NCBI GenBank assembly: GCA_965218295.1
Contig: CBDCKN010000015.1
Span: 96,001 to 160,000, forward strand
Length of the DNA: 64,000 nt
Direction of reading: 5' to 3'
DNA from: Longimicrobiales bacterium
GTDB lineage: Bacteria; Gemmatimonadota; Gemmatimonadetes; Longimicrobiales; Gaopeijiaceae
Part shown: in pieces, positions 39,160 through 49,494 of the stretch
Position numbering within the stretch: position 1 is the first letter of the stretch
Layout: every line of letters begins with the position of its first letter
The notes under the pieces: model-generated
Databases searched by the model: none
What the model was told of the DNA's origin: nothing
What the model saw: the letters and a program-made list of their open reading frames with translations, nothing else
Position numbers and translations under genes: made by a program

Positions 39160-41668
39160 CGACCGCCGCCCCCCCTGCCCCGAGCAGATCCAGTTGCCCG
39201 GGAGGCTCCTCTCCCTCGGGCCCCCTACGGGCCCCGGCGGCTCCGTAAGCCCGTGTTACCTCCACGACTCGGTCGCCACCCTCCAGCTCCACCAGCCGGC
39301 GCCCCTGTGTCCTTCTGCCCTGCGCGGGGACCTCGTCGGCAATCAGTCGCGTGACCCTCCCCCCGGCCGTCACGACCATGACCTCGTCGCTCTCCAACAC
39401 CTCAAGAGCCGATACGAGGGTGCTCTCATCCCCGGATGGCACGGCCATGGTGCCCAACCCTCCTCGCTTCTGTAGGGGGAAATCGCCCACCGCGGTCTTC
39501 TTGCCGAGTCCCCCATCCGTAACGCTCATCACCCAGGCGTCCCGGCGGATGAGGAGCAGTCCCACCACCGAGTCACCGTCCTTCAGGTCGATGCCCTTCA
39601 CGCCCTGAGCCGTACGTCCCAGCACGGAGAGGTCGGACTCGGGAAAGCGGATGGCCCTCCCCGCTCTCGTGATGAGCATGACCTCTCCGGTCCCGTCCGA
39701 GAGTCGGACGTCCAGAATTCGGTCCCCCTCCTTCACGCCGGACGCGATCATCCCCCCTGCGCGCGTATTCGCGAACTCGGCGAGCCTGGAGCGCTTCATC
39801 ACGCCTTTTTCGGAGATGAACACGACAAACCGATCGGCGCTCAGGTCGTCTGCCGCCAGCATGGTTACGATGGCATCGCCGCGATCCCCCCTGGTCAGGG
39901 CGTAGATGGGCTGTCCTCTGGACGCCCTGCCTCCCTCGGGCACGTCGAGGACCGGTAAGAAGTGCACATGGCCCCTCTCGGTGAAGGCCAGCAGCCAGCC
40001 CTGCGTGCGCGCGACGAAGATCCGCTCCAGATAGTCGTCCTCGAAGCGCTCCATGCCGGCGAGAGCCTTCCCCGACGACACGCGGCGCCGGTAGAGATGC
40101 ATGGGAATTCGCTTCACGAAGCCCTCGTGGCTCACCGTGATGACCACGTCCTCGTCCGCCACCGTGTCCTCCACGGCGACCTCCTCGGACTCGTCCTCCT
40201 CGAGGATCACGGTGCGCCGGTCGTCCCCGTACTTCTCCACGAGCTCGTCGAGCTCCTCGATCATGATCTCGAGCTTCCGGGCCTCGCTCTTGAGCACTCC
40301 CTTCAGATCCTTGATGGTCGCCTTGAGCTCCTTCAGCCGCTTCTTGAGCTGGTCCCGCTCCAGGGCCGTGAGCCTGGCAAGCCGCATGTTGAGGATCGCA
40401 TCGGCCTGGATCTCCGAGAGGCCCAGGAGATCCTGCAACCGCTCGGCGGCCTCCGACCGGTCCTTGGACCTGCGGATGATGGCGATGACTTTCTCGATAG
40501 CGCCCAGAGCCGCCAACAGGCCCTCAACCGTGTGCTTCTCCGCCTCGGCCTGCTCGAGATCGTGCCGGGAGCGACGCTGGATGACCTCGATGCGGTGATC
40601 GCGGAAGCGCTCCAGAAGCTCGAGGAGCGTGAACTCCTTCGGCTCGCCGTGATCCAGGGCGATGAGGATGGCCCCGAACGTGGATTGGAGGCTGGTCTTC
40701 TTGTGGAGGAGCTGGATGACCTTGGCGGCCTTGGCTCCCCTCTTGAGCTCGATCACGAGTCGCAGGCCGTCCCGATCCGACTCGTCACGGATGTCGGCGA
40801 GGTCGTCGATCCTCCCCTTCCGGGCGAGGCCCGCGATCTGCTGGATGATCCTGGATTTGGAGACCGCGTACGGCAGCTCGGTGACGACGAGCTGTTCCTT
40901 CCCGCCCCTCAGGGCCTCCTTGACGATGCGGGCCCGCATGACCACACGACCGCGCCCATTCTCGTACATGTCGCGGATCCCGTCGCGACCCACGATGAAT
41001 CCCCCTGTCGGGAAATCGGGGCCGGGCAGGTGGCGCATCACAACGTCGAGGGACGGCTCGGGCTCTTCGATCAGAGCCTTCAGAGCGGCCGCTACCTCCC
41101 GGAGGTTGTGAGGCGGGACGTTGGTACTGAGGCCAACCGCGATCCCGGATGATCCGTTGACCAGCAGGTTCGGGACCCGCGAGGGCAAGACAGTGGGCTC
41201 GGTGCGCTGCCCGTCGAAGTTGTCCGCGACATCGACCGTCTCCTTCTCGATGTCGGCCAGGATCTCCTCGGCGATCAGGGCGAGCTTGGCCTCGGTGTAC
41301 CGGTACGCTGCCGCAGAGTCCCCATCGATAGAGCCGAAGTTGCCCTGCCCGTCTACGAGGGGATACCGGAGCGAGAAGTCCTGCACCATCCGGACCAAGG
41401 CGTCATAGACGGCCGAGTCTCCGTGTGGGTGGTACTTGCCTAGCACGTCCCCGACGACCGTAGCGCTCTTCTTGTACGGTCTGTCCGGCCTCAACCCAAG
41501 CTCATGCATCGCGAAGAGAATGCGCCGGTGGACGGGCTTGAGTCCGTCCCGCACGTCCGGCAGAGCCCTCTGCACGATCACGCTCATTGAGTAGTCCAGG
41601 AATGATTCGCGCATCTCTTCCTCGATGAGCCTGGGAAGGATGCGCTCGCGGGTCTGGGCCGTCATCAC
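39128..41668 (-). CDS. gyrA: Type IIA topoisomerase subunit A (GyrA paralogue / ParC-like)
   Basis: [29 protein letters not shown] (catalytic Tyr), C-terminal pinwheel repeats; GyrA-box degenerate. Confidence 0.9.
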   Translation of the reverse strand: MMTAQTRERILPRLIEEEMRESFLDYSMSVIVQRALPDVRDGLKPVHRRILFAMHELGLRPDRPYKKSATVVGDVLGKYHPHGDSAVYDALVRMVQDFSLRYPLVDGQGNFGSIDGDSAAAYRYTEAKLALIAEEILADIEKETVDVADNFDGQRTEPTVLPSRVPNLLVNGSSGIAVGLSTNVPPHNLREVAAALKALIEEPEPSLDVVMRHLPGPDFPTGGFIVGRDGIRDMYENGRGRVVMRARIVKEALRGGKEQLVVTELPYAVSKSRIIQQIAGLARKGRIDDLADIRDESDRDGLRLVIELKRGAKAAKVIQLLHKKTSLQSTFGAILIALDHGEPKEFTLLELLERFRDHRIEVIQRRSRHDLEQAEAEKHTVEGLLAALGAIEKVIAIIRRSKDRSEAAERLQDLLGLSEIQADAILNMRLARLTALERDQLKKRLKELKATIKDLKGVLKSEARKLEIMIEELDELVEKYGDDRRTVILEEDESEEVAVEDTVADEDVVITVSHEGFVKRIPMHLYRRRVSSGKALAGMERFEDDYLERIFVARTQGWLLAFTERGHVHFLPVLDVPEGGRASRGQPIYALTRGDRGDAIVTMLAADDLSADRFVVFISEKGVMKRSRLAEFANTRAGGMIASGVKEGDRILDVRLSDGTGEVMLITRAGRAIRFPESDLSVLGRTAQGVKGIDLKDGDSVVGLLLIRRDAWVMSVTDGGLGKKTAVGDFPLQKRGGLGTMAVPSGDESTLVSALEVLESDEVMVVTAGGRVTRLIADEVPAQGRRTQGRRLVELEGGDRVVEVTRAYGAAGARRGPEGEEPPGQLDLLGAGGAAVATPADPPGSP

Positions 41669-41835
41669 AACTCCTGCTGAGCCGAAGGCAAACCGAAAAT
41701 AGACGTCGGGCGACGCGACGATGGGCGTACGATCTCAGGATCGTCGAGGCAAATCAAGGCGGGGCCAAAAGCGAGAGCCGCGAGTTGAATTCGACTCGCG
41801 GCTCCGTGGTCCTGACGGGGCTGACCGGCGGGGGA

Positions 41836-42156
41836 TTACCCTCCTTGGGCGCCCTCCGCGGCCAGGGCTTGGAGGACGCGACCCTTCAGCTCCTCCGAGG
41901 CATACCCGTCTCTCTGGGAACGGCCGAGGGCCTCGAGGAAGTGCCTCTCGAACTGGGCCCTGGGGTAGCACGCCTTGCAGACCTCGAGGTGAAGGCGTAC
42001 CTCCTCCTGGGACATGTCGTCCAGCTCGCCGTCCAGGTACTCGAACAGCCTGGCCACGGCCTCGTCGCAGGAGATCATCCCTCCGGAGGAGTCGCTGCCG
42101 GCGCCGGCGCCCCCGGAAAGCCCGAACAGTCTCTTCAACCTATCGAAAGCAGTCAC
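41836..42156 (-). CDS. zf-HC2 anti-sigma factor
   Basis: YLDGEL and HLEVCKAC; directly follows the ECF sigma gene. Confidence 0.88.
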   Translation of the reverse strand: MTAFDRLKRLFGLSGGAGAGSDSSGGMISCDEAVARLFEYLDGELDDMSQEEVRLHLEVCKACYPRAQFERHFLEALGRSQRDGYASEELKGRVLQALAAEGAQGG

Positions 42157-42768
42157 CTAGCCATCCCCCACCGCTTCGGAGATGTATCCCATCTCGACGG
42201 CATATGCGTGGAGTCGCTCCTGGAGCTGCCGTCTGCCTCTGAACAGTCGACTCTTCACTGTCCCGACCGGAATCTCCATGATTTCGGCAATCTCGTTGTA
42301 GGAAAGGTCCTCGAGGTCCGACAGGACCACGGCCATTCTGTATTCACCCGGCAGGTCATCGATGGCGCGAAGGACCTCCTCGTCTACGATCGAGCGGAAG
42401 AACTCACCCTCCGGATCGGCGTCCTTGGACGCCGCGAACACGGCAGCCTCGCGCGAGAGCGCCCTGGGATCCTCGTACGCCGTCTCCGCCACAATCTCGT
42501 CGTGGCGTTGCCCCCGCTCCCGCTGCCTGAGGAACACGTTCCTGCAGATAGTGAAGAGCCAGCTCTTGCATCGTGTTCCCGGCGTGTACTGCTCCCAGGC
42601 TCTGAAGGCCCGGAAGTACGTGTCCTGTACGAGATCCTCGGCCCCGTCCTGGGTCCCGGCCAAGCGCAGAGCGAACCGATACACGGCGTCCATATGCGGG
42701 ATCGCTTCATCGACGAAGCTCGCCCCCTGCTGGTTCACGTGATTCGGAAGTCTCTCGCTGCTCGTCAC
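42157..42768 (-). CDS. ECF RNA polymerase sigma factor (SigH/SigR-like)
   Basis: AEDLVQDTY, SWLFTICRN, YNEIAEIMEIPVGTVKSRLFRGR. Confidence 0.93.
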   Translation of the reverse strand: MTSSERLPNHVNQQGASFVDEAIPHMDAVYRFALRLAGTQDGAEDLVQDTYFRAFRAWEQYTPGTRCKSWLFTICRNVFLRQRERGQRHDEIVAETAYEDPRALSREAAVFAASKDADPEGEFFRSIVDEEVLRAIDDLPGEYRMAVVLSDLEDLSYNEIAEIMEIPVGTVKSRLFRGRRQLQERLHAYAVEMGYISEAVGDG

Positions 42769-42818
42769 GGATCTTGGCGCCCAGTGGTGGCATTGAAGCC
42801 GTAGTGCGGCTCAGGAGA

Positions 42819-43241
42819 TCAGTCTGGAAAGACGAACTCTGTGGCCAGCTCGTCGGTGACTGAGCCCCCGGTCACCAGCTCGATGAGGGCCACCATCTCC
42901 TGCCCGATCTCCTCGAGACGCGACAGGACGGAGAAAGCGTGGGCGAAATCGAAATAGGCCGATACGGCTCCTTCGTGAGCCGGATGCGTGGTCGTCACCG
43001 TCGTCTCCATCTCGACCCGCAAGGTGTCGACGATGGCTGCCACCGCACTGCGGAGTGCTCTCTGCTCGGCTAGTGTCTCGATGGACCAGTCCCCGCTCAG
43101 GCGGGGAAGCAGGGCGGCCACCTGCTCCCGCTCCTCCGGTGGAGCGGCCACGACGCCTCGCTCCAGGGCATGGTCGTCGAGCATCTGCCGCGCGCCGGCC
43201 TTCAGCGCCGTCAGTTCCTCGAAATTGCAGTGCACAATCAC
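42819..43241 (-). CDS. Hypothetical protein
   Basis: 140 aa helical ORF with RBS, in operon-like order. Confidence 0.7.
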   Translation of the reverse strand: MIVHCNFEELTALKAGARQMLDDHALERGVVAAPPEEREQVAALLPRLSGDWSIETLAEQRALRSAVAAIVDTLRVEMETTVTTTHPAHEGAVSAYFDFAHAFSVLSRLEEIGQEMVALIELVTGGSVTDELATEFVFPD

Positions 43242-43320
43242 GGCTCGCTCCCTCTGTTACCGAACTCCCCCCTCCCTATCTACTTATTCCATCGGCAGAT
43301 TGTTTCTGCAAGTCAAGCGT

Positions 43321-43737
43321 TCAGGCGAGGGCACCCTGCACCAGGGGTGGTCCGTCCACGACGAGTGAGATGGACACGTGGTGCTCGCCGTCGACCTTGA
43401 CGTCGAAGCTGTAGCGACCAGGTCCGGGAAACACCAGTCCGTCCAGATTGAGTACATGGGGCACCCGGATGCCGGCGCCCGCGCCGGGGCCACCCACCAG
43501 CTGCATCTCCCCGTTCAACGACAGCACCTCGGCCCCGTTCGGATCCGACAGCCGGATCTCCATCTCGTGCGTCCCCACCTCCGAGGTTCCGGCCGTGAGG
43601 CGCAGGACAAGCGAGATGCGTCCGTGCTGAGCGGGGAACTGACTGACGCTGATACGGTCGAAGATCCCGAGGATGTTGATCTTCCCGGTGGCGTCGATCG
43701 TGGCGGCGTCGGCCAGTAGGGCCAGATCTATCTCCAT
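43321..43737 (-). CDS. DUF6941-like protein
   Basis: ALLADAA...GKINILGIFDRI...FPGPGRYSF. Confidence 0.75.
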   Translation of the reverse strand: MEIDLALLADAATIDATGKINILGIFDRISVSQFPAQHGRISLVLRLTAGTSEVGTHEMEIRLSDPNGAEVLSLNGEMQLVGGPGAGAGIRVPHVLNLDGLVFPGPGRYSFDVKVDGEHHVSISLVVDGPPLVQGALA

Positions 43738-43773
43738 GTCACTTCCTCACTCGAAGGCGCTGAAGAAATGAGA

Positions 43774-44502
43774 CTAAGACAGTAACCGCTCGCTCAGCAC
43801 GAGACCGGCCACAAGGTCTATGAGCGTGTGGGCAACGATCGGCGGCCAGAGGCTTCCCGTGTGGAGGAAGACAGCACCCATGATCAGCCCGACGACTCCG
43901 GTCCTGACCACACCAATCGGGCCCTGGTACGCGTGGAGCACTCCAAAGGTCGCGGAGGTCACGATCAGTGCCAAGGTGGCCGACCCAGTGGCCAGGACGA
44001 GAGCCGTGAGAGCGTACCCGCGGTACGCCATCTCCTCGCCGAAACCGGCACAGAGAGACAGGCCGGCGAAGAGCCGCCTCTCCTTGCCCGTCACCGGCAT
44101 GAGCTGGTGCACCAACCGGGTTTCCTCGGTCCCCAGGGCCCTCCGCACCGCCCGGAACACCAGGAGGGTGCCGATGCCGATCAGAAACAACGCTCCGGTC
44201 CACAGGACGTTCGCAACCGACAAGGGAGCCTCGAGTCCCAGAGCCGGCGGTCCCACCAAACGCCGTCCCATGAAAAGGCTCAGAATCCCGAGCAGCAGAA
44301 CCGTGGAGCCGGAGGTCATGTACGCCGGCGCCCTCTCGATGACCACGTCGCGCGCCAACACCATCTGGCCCAGCGCCAGGGTCGGAAGAAGCTCGAGAAG
44401 CCCCGCCAGGAAGAGCGCATCGAGAAGCCCGAGCGCTGTCGCCTTCACCAGAAGTAGCACGATGACGGGGTAGGCGAGGGCCCCGGCCAGCACGATCCTC
44501 AC
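43774..44502 (-). CDS. CPBP family intramembrane metalloprotease (Abi/CAAX)
   Basis: EEMAYRG, FGVLHAYQG, IVAHTLID. Confidence 0.88.
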   Translation of the reverse strand: MRIVLAGALAYPVIVLLLVKATALGLLDALFLAGLLELLPTLALGQMVLARDVVIERAPAYMTSGSTVLLLGILSLFMGRRLVGPPALGLEAPLSVANVLWTGALFLIGIGTLLVFRAVRRALGTEETRLVHQLMPVTGKERRLFAGLSLCAGFGEEMAYRGYALTALVLATGSATLALIVTSATFGVLHAYQGPIGVVRTGVVGLIMGAVFLHTGSLWPPIVAHTLIDLVAGLVLSERLLS

Positions 44503-45952
44503 GCCAGGAGCTCCCGTCCGATCTCCTCCACCATACGGAGTGTGCCCACCACGTCCTCCCGAGTCGACGTGTAGTTCATCACGCACAAGCGGAGCGAGTA
44601 CGCCCCCCTCAAGCGCGTGGACGAGACCATGGCGTAGCCGCTCGATACGATCCGCTCCTGGATCTCGACATTCAGCTCCTCGAGGCCCTCGGGATCGATC
44701 TCGTGGCTCGCCGGACTGTAGCGATAGCACACGACGCCCAGCCTCGCCGGACTGAGCAGCTCGAGCTCGGAAGAGCCCGACACGTACCGTTCCGCCTCCC
44801 GCGCCAGATCCATCGACCGCTGGATCGCCACGCGGAACGCACCCACCCCAAAGGTCTTGATGGACATCCAGACCTTCAGCGCCCGGAAGGACCGGGAGAG
44901 CTGAAGGCCGCGGTCACCGAGTTCACGTGATCGCGACCCATCTGAGCATCCTGGAGGTATTCGGGGCTCGTGCTGAAGGCCGATTCGAGCTCCGAGGCAT
45001 CCCGAACCAGCAGACATCCGGTCTCGTACGACTGGAACAGCCACTTGTGGGGATCGAGCGTTACGCTGTCGGCGAGATCGACTCCGTCCAGGGCTGCCCG
45101 GCCTTCTTCCGTGAGCACGGCAAAGCTCCCGTACGCGCCGTCGACGTGAAGCCAGAGGCCCTCCTCTCTGCAGAGCCCACCGAGCTCACGGAGCGGATCC
45201 ACCACCCCCGTGTTCGTCGCCCCACCGTTCGCAGCCACCAAGAGGGGGTTGAGTCCTGCATCGCGATCGCGCTGGATCGCCTGCCGCAAGGCGTCCAGGT
45301 CCATTCGATACTCGTCATCCGTGGGAATCGAGCGCACGGCATCTAGCCCGAATCCCGCGATGCGGGCTGCCCGGCCAAGGGAGAAGTGGGCCTGGTCCGA
45401 GTTGTACAGGATGGGATCGGCAGGATGACCGCGGCTGGCCCAGGCCGTCACCAGCGCGTCGAGGTTCGCAGCCGAACCGCCGCTCGTAAATACGCCCCCG
45501 GCCGTGGCCGGGAGTCCGAGCCATTCACGGAACCAGTCAAGGACGACGAGCTCGATCTGACTCGGACCGGCGGACTCGAGCCAGGTCCCCTGGAACACGT
45601 TGAATCCGGACGCCAGCATGTCCGCCAACAGCGTTGGCCAGGTCGGGGATGAAGGGACGAAGGCGAAGAAGCGGGGATGATCGATTCGTCCTGCGTAGCG
45701 CATGACCTCGTTGGCCGCACGCTCCATCACTTCGAGGGGCGGTGAGCCCTCTTCGGGAGCCACCTCCCGGAAGAGCGCCTCCATCTCCTCACGGGTGGCT
45801 CCGACCCAGGCCGCGCTCTCGCGCAGCATTGTCCAGCGTTTCACGATGAGATCGACGGCCTCGTAGCCGAGGCGACGCATCTCGTCCTCGTCCAGGACGA
45901 GTCCGTTGTCGTGTGGCCGCCGCCCCCGTCCATCGATTGTTCCTTCCACCAT
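44499..45952 (-). pseudogene. Group II PLP-dependent (aromatic amino acid-type) decarboxylase, frameshift near 44920
   Basis: HPRFFAF, SGGSAAN, HVDGAYG, DPHKW (PLP Lys); restoring one base gives NFGDRGLQLSRSFRALK. Confidence 0.88.
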
Positions 45953-46106
45953 GCCTCCTCGCCCACAGAGCCACCCGTAATCCCCGGGTCCGTTTTCATC
46001 CTGACGGCTCCGGCAGACCGGAGCACGCCACGGCTCTAGGAATTCCGGAGACCCCACGCTAGCCTATGACATCCGGCTGGAGCCTCGTTCCCACACCGAA
46101 AGGCAT

Positions 46107-46433
46107 ATGGCCACCGTCACCCCAGAGCACAAGGCGGTTTTCCGCGTTCTGGATGCCATGGACGCCCCCCACGGCGGCCGGCTGCTGAAGCTCCGTTTCC
46201 AGTCCGGGGAAGCTCCCACGACCCGCGAGCTCAAGGGCGCGACGTTACGGGCTGCCTCACCGGACGGCCAGAGGTCGTGCAGGATTCGGGTGGACCGGTT
46301 CGCCCTGTTCGGTGGGCGACCTTCAGACGATCGCATGCACCGCACCGGGCGGGTGGACGTTCATGTATCGGCCGTGGAGGGCGACGCCGGCGCCATCGGC
46401 CTCAAGTGGGAGGTCTCAGGCCCGCTGCCGTAG
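46107..46433 (+). CDS. Hypothetical protein
   Basis: AAAGG RBS; 108 aa ORF fills the gap between neighbours. Confidence 0.65.
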   Translation: MATVTPEHKAVFRVLDAMDAPHGGRLLKLRFQSGEAPTTRELKGATLRAASPDGQRSCRIRVDRFALFGGRPSDDRMHRTGRVDVHVSAVEGDAGAIGLKWEVSGPLP

Positions 46434-46480
46434 CGGCGCAGCCCCGAGCTCTGGCGCAGCCCCAAGCCTTGGCGTAGGGG

Positions 46481-47185
46481 CTACCTCAGGCCGGGAGGCT
46501 CCCGCTCGAACGTTTCCAGGAACCACCGGCGGTACTCCTCCTGCTGTCCAGGATTCGCGTCCAGCCAGGCACTCCTCTCCTCCGTGAATTCGTCGGGGCG
46601 GGACGTGAGGATGAGCGCCTCCAGAAAGCCGTGCTCCCGCGCATACATGATCTCGTCAAGCGGCCCATAGGGAGTCATGTCGAACAGGGCCCTTCCGTAC
46701 AGCCAGGCGTCCGCCACTCGGGTGAGGATGGCTTTCTCGAGCTCATATCCCTCAGCCTCCGCGGCCTCGGGAAGGAACTCGTCCAGCCGCTCCATCGTCT
46801 TCATGAGATGGTAGTGCCCGTAGAAGGCCATGATCGAGCCCGACTCCGGCGCGACCGCCGGCACCAACACGAACGCCGTGTCGGAGCTGATCGTGAGCCC
46901 GTCCCAAGGATACGTCTCGCCAGGTGTGGCATTCTCGATGATCCAGAACGACGGATCCATCGTGATGTTTTCCTGCTGGGCACGCACCCAGATGTCGATC
47001 TCGGACAGTCGAGCCCGGTCGGCCTGAAGCCTGGCTCCGGAACGGACGATGAGAGAGCGGGGGGCAGGAAGCGAAGCCGCGGTCGTGCAGGCGCCCAGGA
47101 TCAGGACGGCCATCGCGAGCAGACGACGCGAGGTAAGCCTCTGAAACTGCCGAAGGGAGTAGCGACTCGGGTGTTCAAAGCTCAT
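46481..47185 (-). CDS. Hypothetical lipoprotein
   Basis: LILGAC lipobox; start uncertain (47185 or 47113). Confidence 0.65.
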   Translation of the reverse strand: MSFEHPSRYSLRQFQRLTSRRLLAMAVLILGACTTAASLPAPRSLIVRSGARLQADRARLSEIDIWVRAQQENITMDPSFWIIENATPGETYPWDGLTISSDTAFVLVPAVAPESGSIMAFYGHYHLMKTMERLDEFLPEAAEAEGYELEKAILTRVADAWLYGRALFDMTPYGPLDEIMYAREHGFLEALILTSRPDEFTEERSAWLDANPGQQEEYRRWFLETFEREPPGLR

Positions 47186-47299
47186 GACTGATCTAGCTCC
47201 GAGTGCCGGAGGTCCGAAAAATGCTTGACACTCCAACATCACGGAGCGGAATTGGAGGTCATCTTCATCTGGATGCGATATACGGCACGATAGCTAAAA

Positions 47300-47851
47300 A
47301 TGACCGAGGCCACGCGGGAGTTCCATGCTCCCCAGACGATAACACCTGAGAACCTCGGTGACGACCTCGCCCGTCTCGTTTGGGAAAGCTTCACCGATTT
47401 CATCTCAGAAGGCGACCGCGAGACCGTCCTTAGCGGCTTGGGCTTGGTGGACCTGAAGGGTGAGCCCGATCAGCACGCCGTAGAGGAGGCCCTCATCTTC
47501 CTCATGTGGGCCCACACCCGGGGTGCGCAGCAAGCGTTCGTAGGTCGCGCCCCCGCCGACCTGCTCAAACGGACCCTCGATGCCCTCCACGCAGCGGTCT
47601 TCGAGGACATGGTGGAGAACGGAACCCCCGAGGCCCAGCTTCCCTTCTTCGAGCAGCGAGTGGGCGCCCGTTACGCGGAGTACCACGCAGCTTCCGCCAG
47701 CTCCGATTCGAGCCTGGGCGAGGCCGTTGTGCAGCACCTTACGGGCAATACCAAGCCGCCGAAGCCCCTGACGCTGGCCGTCACGGAACGGGCGGTCGAG
47801 GTGGCACGTCCATTGCGGGATTACCTGGAGGACGTAGAGCTCGTCCCCTGA
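47300..47851 (+). CDS. Hypothetical protein
   Basis: 183 aa helical ORF with protein-like composition. Confidence 0.65.
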   Translation: MTEATREFHAPQTITPENLGDDLARLVWESFTDFISEGDRETVLSGLGLVDLKGEPDQHAVEEALIFLMWAHTRGAQQAFVGRAPADLLKRTLDALHAAVFEDMVENGTPEAQLPFFEQRVGARYAEYHAASASSDSSLGEAVVQHLTGNTKPPKPLTLAVTERAVEVARPLRDYLEDVELVP

Positions 47852-48030
47852 GTCCCCCGCCACTTCATGATCTCGAAGGGACTCCGGCAGTCGCGGCACC
47901 AGTAGCTGGAGACCGAGAGCTGGGAGCCGAACGGATTCATCAGCTCCGTCTCCACTCCCTCACAAAAAGGACATGAGGGGGACTCGGGAAGCCCGCCTGG
48001 AGAGGGGGTCGCTTCTCGAACTTCCCTCAT
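47821..48030 (-). CDS. Stand-alone PaaD-type zinc-ribbon protein
   Basis: CPFC...FGSQLS...CRDCRSPFE; ATG overlaps the paaC-like stop. Confidence 0.78.
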   Translation of the reverse strand: MREVREATPSPGGLPESPSCPFCEGVETELMNPFGSQLSVSSYWCRDCRSPFEIMKWRGTQGTSSTSSR

Positions 48031-48827
48031 TCTACGAACAGCATCCGGTTGAGGTCACCCCGCGCGCGTGCCACGGACTCGTCGTCGGGATGACCGGGTC
48101 CCCTGCCCCGCTCGGAATCCCACGCCTCGCGATCCGGCTCCACGGCCGAGAGGTCGATGTCCACCAGGGAGAGTAGCTCCCCGTAGCGTTCGGCGAACCG
48201 GGAGCGGAGCACCTCCCCCTCCGGAACCAGCCCCGACCCGGCCTGGGCCTCACCCACCTCGTCGGCGGGCGTGAGCCACGCCAACGTCCGCGCCAGCATG
48301 GACAGGGCCGCCTCACGCAGCCGCGTGCGTCCCTCCTCGGAGCCGCCCGCCAGCTTTCGGAACCACGCGACTCCCAGGTCGTGATGGAACGTCTCCTCGG
48401 CGAGCATCTTGGGGATGCGTGAGCGAGTCGGCTCGTAGACACCCTCGGAGAAGCCCTCGAGCGCCACGGACAGGGCCCCGTCCACGACGACGCACGCAGC
48501 CACCACGGCGGCCCAATCAGCAAGAGGCTCGTCCAGAGGGTCGGGATTCGCGTACTCCTCGGCCGCCCGCTCGTGCTCCACCGCCGCCGGATCCATGCCG
48601 AAATCCTTGAGCATGGCATACAGCAGGCGGGCGTGTCCCCATTCGTCCTGGGCCATGGAGGAGGCCGCGATGCCCGTCTCGATGGACGGCGCTCCAAGAA
48701 GCCAGTCGGAATAGCGGATTCCCATCAGGCGTTTGCCGTCGGCCAGGGAGAGGAGAGCCCGGCGAAGCCCTTCCCGGGCGGCAGGTTCCATGTCCTGAAC
48801 GCTCTTGAACGTGGTCTCGGCGCTCAC
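48027..48827 (-). CDS. paaC: Phenylacetyl-CoA epoxidase-like subunit PaaC
   Basis: LADGK...GAPSIE...QDEWGHAR, EETFHH; ferritin-like fold. Confidence 0.78.
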   Translation of the reverse strand: MSAETTFKSVQDMEPAAREGLRRALLSLADGKRLMGIRYSDWLLGAPSIETGIAASSMAQDEWGHARLLYAMLKDFGMDPAAVEHERAAEEYANPDPLDEPLADWAAVVAACVVVDGALSVALEGFSEGVYEPTRSRIPKMLAEETFHHDLGVAWFRKLAGGSEEGRTRLREAALSMLARTLAWLTPADEVGEAQAGSGLVPEGEVLRSRFAERYGELLSLVDIDLSAVEPDREAWDSERGRGPGHPDDESVARARGDLNRMLFVE

Positions 48828-49045
48828 TGCGAACTCCCCCCCGAAGCGAACGGTCCGTCCGTTCGATTCACGGGGATGATAGCTGAGCGAGGGATCACAC
48901 ACATCTCGAACCAGCGCTCCTCGTCGTAGGTCTTCCACGCATAGACCCGTGCCATCTCATCGTCGAGGGCATTCAGATATCCGACATGCTGGAGAGGCTC
49001 ACCTCGCTCTTTCCGGGCGAATACGTCGTAGAGGGGCTCTTCCAT
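48824..49045 (-). CDS. paaB: Phenylacetyl-CoA epoxidase-like subunit PaaB
   Basis: YDVFAR...HVGYLNALDDEMA...IPRSAI. Confidence 0.8.
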   Translation of the reverse strand: MEEPLYDVFARKERGEPLQHVGYLNALDDEMARVYAWKTYDEERWFEMCVIPRSAIIPVNRTDGPFASGGSSQ

Positions 49046-49065
49046 ATGATCGGTCCTCTTCGGCT

Positions 49066-49494
49066 CTATCCCACTCCCACGCCGAGGCGGCGAAGCTTCT
49101 CGCGGCCCTCCGCCGTGATGCGGTCGTTGGTCCAGGGTGGAGACCACACCTCGTGGATCTCCACCTCGTCGATCCAGCTCTCCTGCAACAGCCTGTCGCG
49201 AAGGTCGTCGCGGATGAAGTCCATGCAGGGACATGCGGTAGCGGTGAACGTGAGCTCGATCCGGGCGACGCCCTCCGACCAGTCGACTCCGTAGATAAGC
49301 CCGAGCTCGACGAGGCTCACCGGGATCTCCGGGTCCAGGACCTCGCCGAGAGCCCACCACGTCGCCTCCGTCGGGTCCGACGGGCGGACCGTTAGAGGCT
49401 CGGACCAGAGGTCCCGGCCCCCGCTGGCGTGCAACACCGTGGCCGCTGGAGCGGCATCGGGGAGTCGGCCGGGGCTCAGCACCGGGATCTTCAT
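49066..49494 (-). CDS. paaD: DUF59 metal-sulfur cluster protein (PaaD N-terminal domain only)
   Basis: VLDPEIPVSLVELGLI, TATACPC, WSPPWTNDRIT; no zinc ribbon. Confidence 0.78.
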   Translation of the reverse strand: MKIPVLSPGRLPDAAPAATVLHASGGRDLWSEPLTVRPSDPTEATWWALGEVLDPEIPVSLVELGLIYGVDWSEGVARIELTFTATACPCMDFIRDDLRDRLLQESWIDEVEIHEVWSPPWTNDRITAEGREKLRRLGVGVG

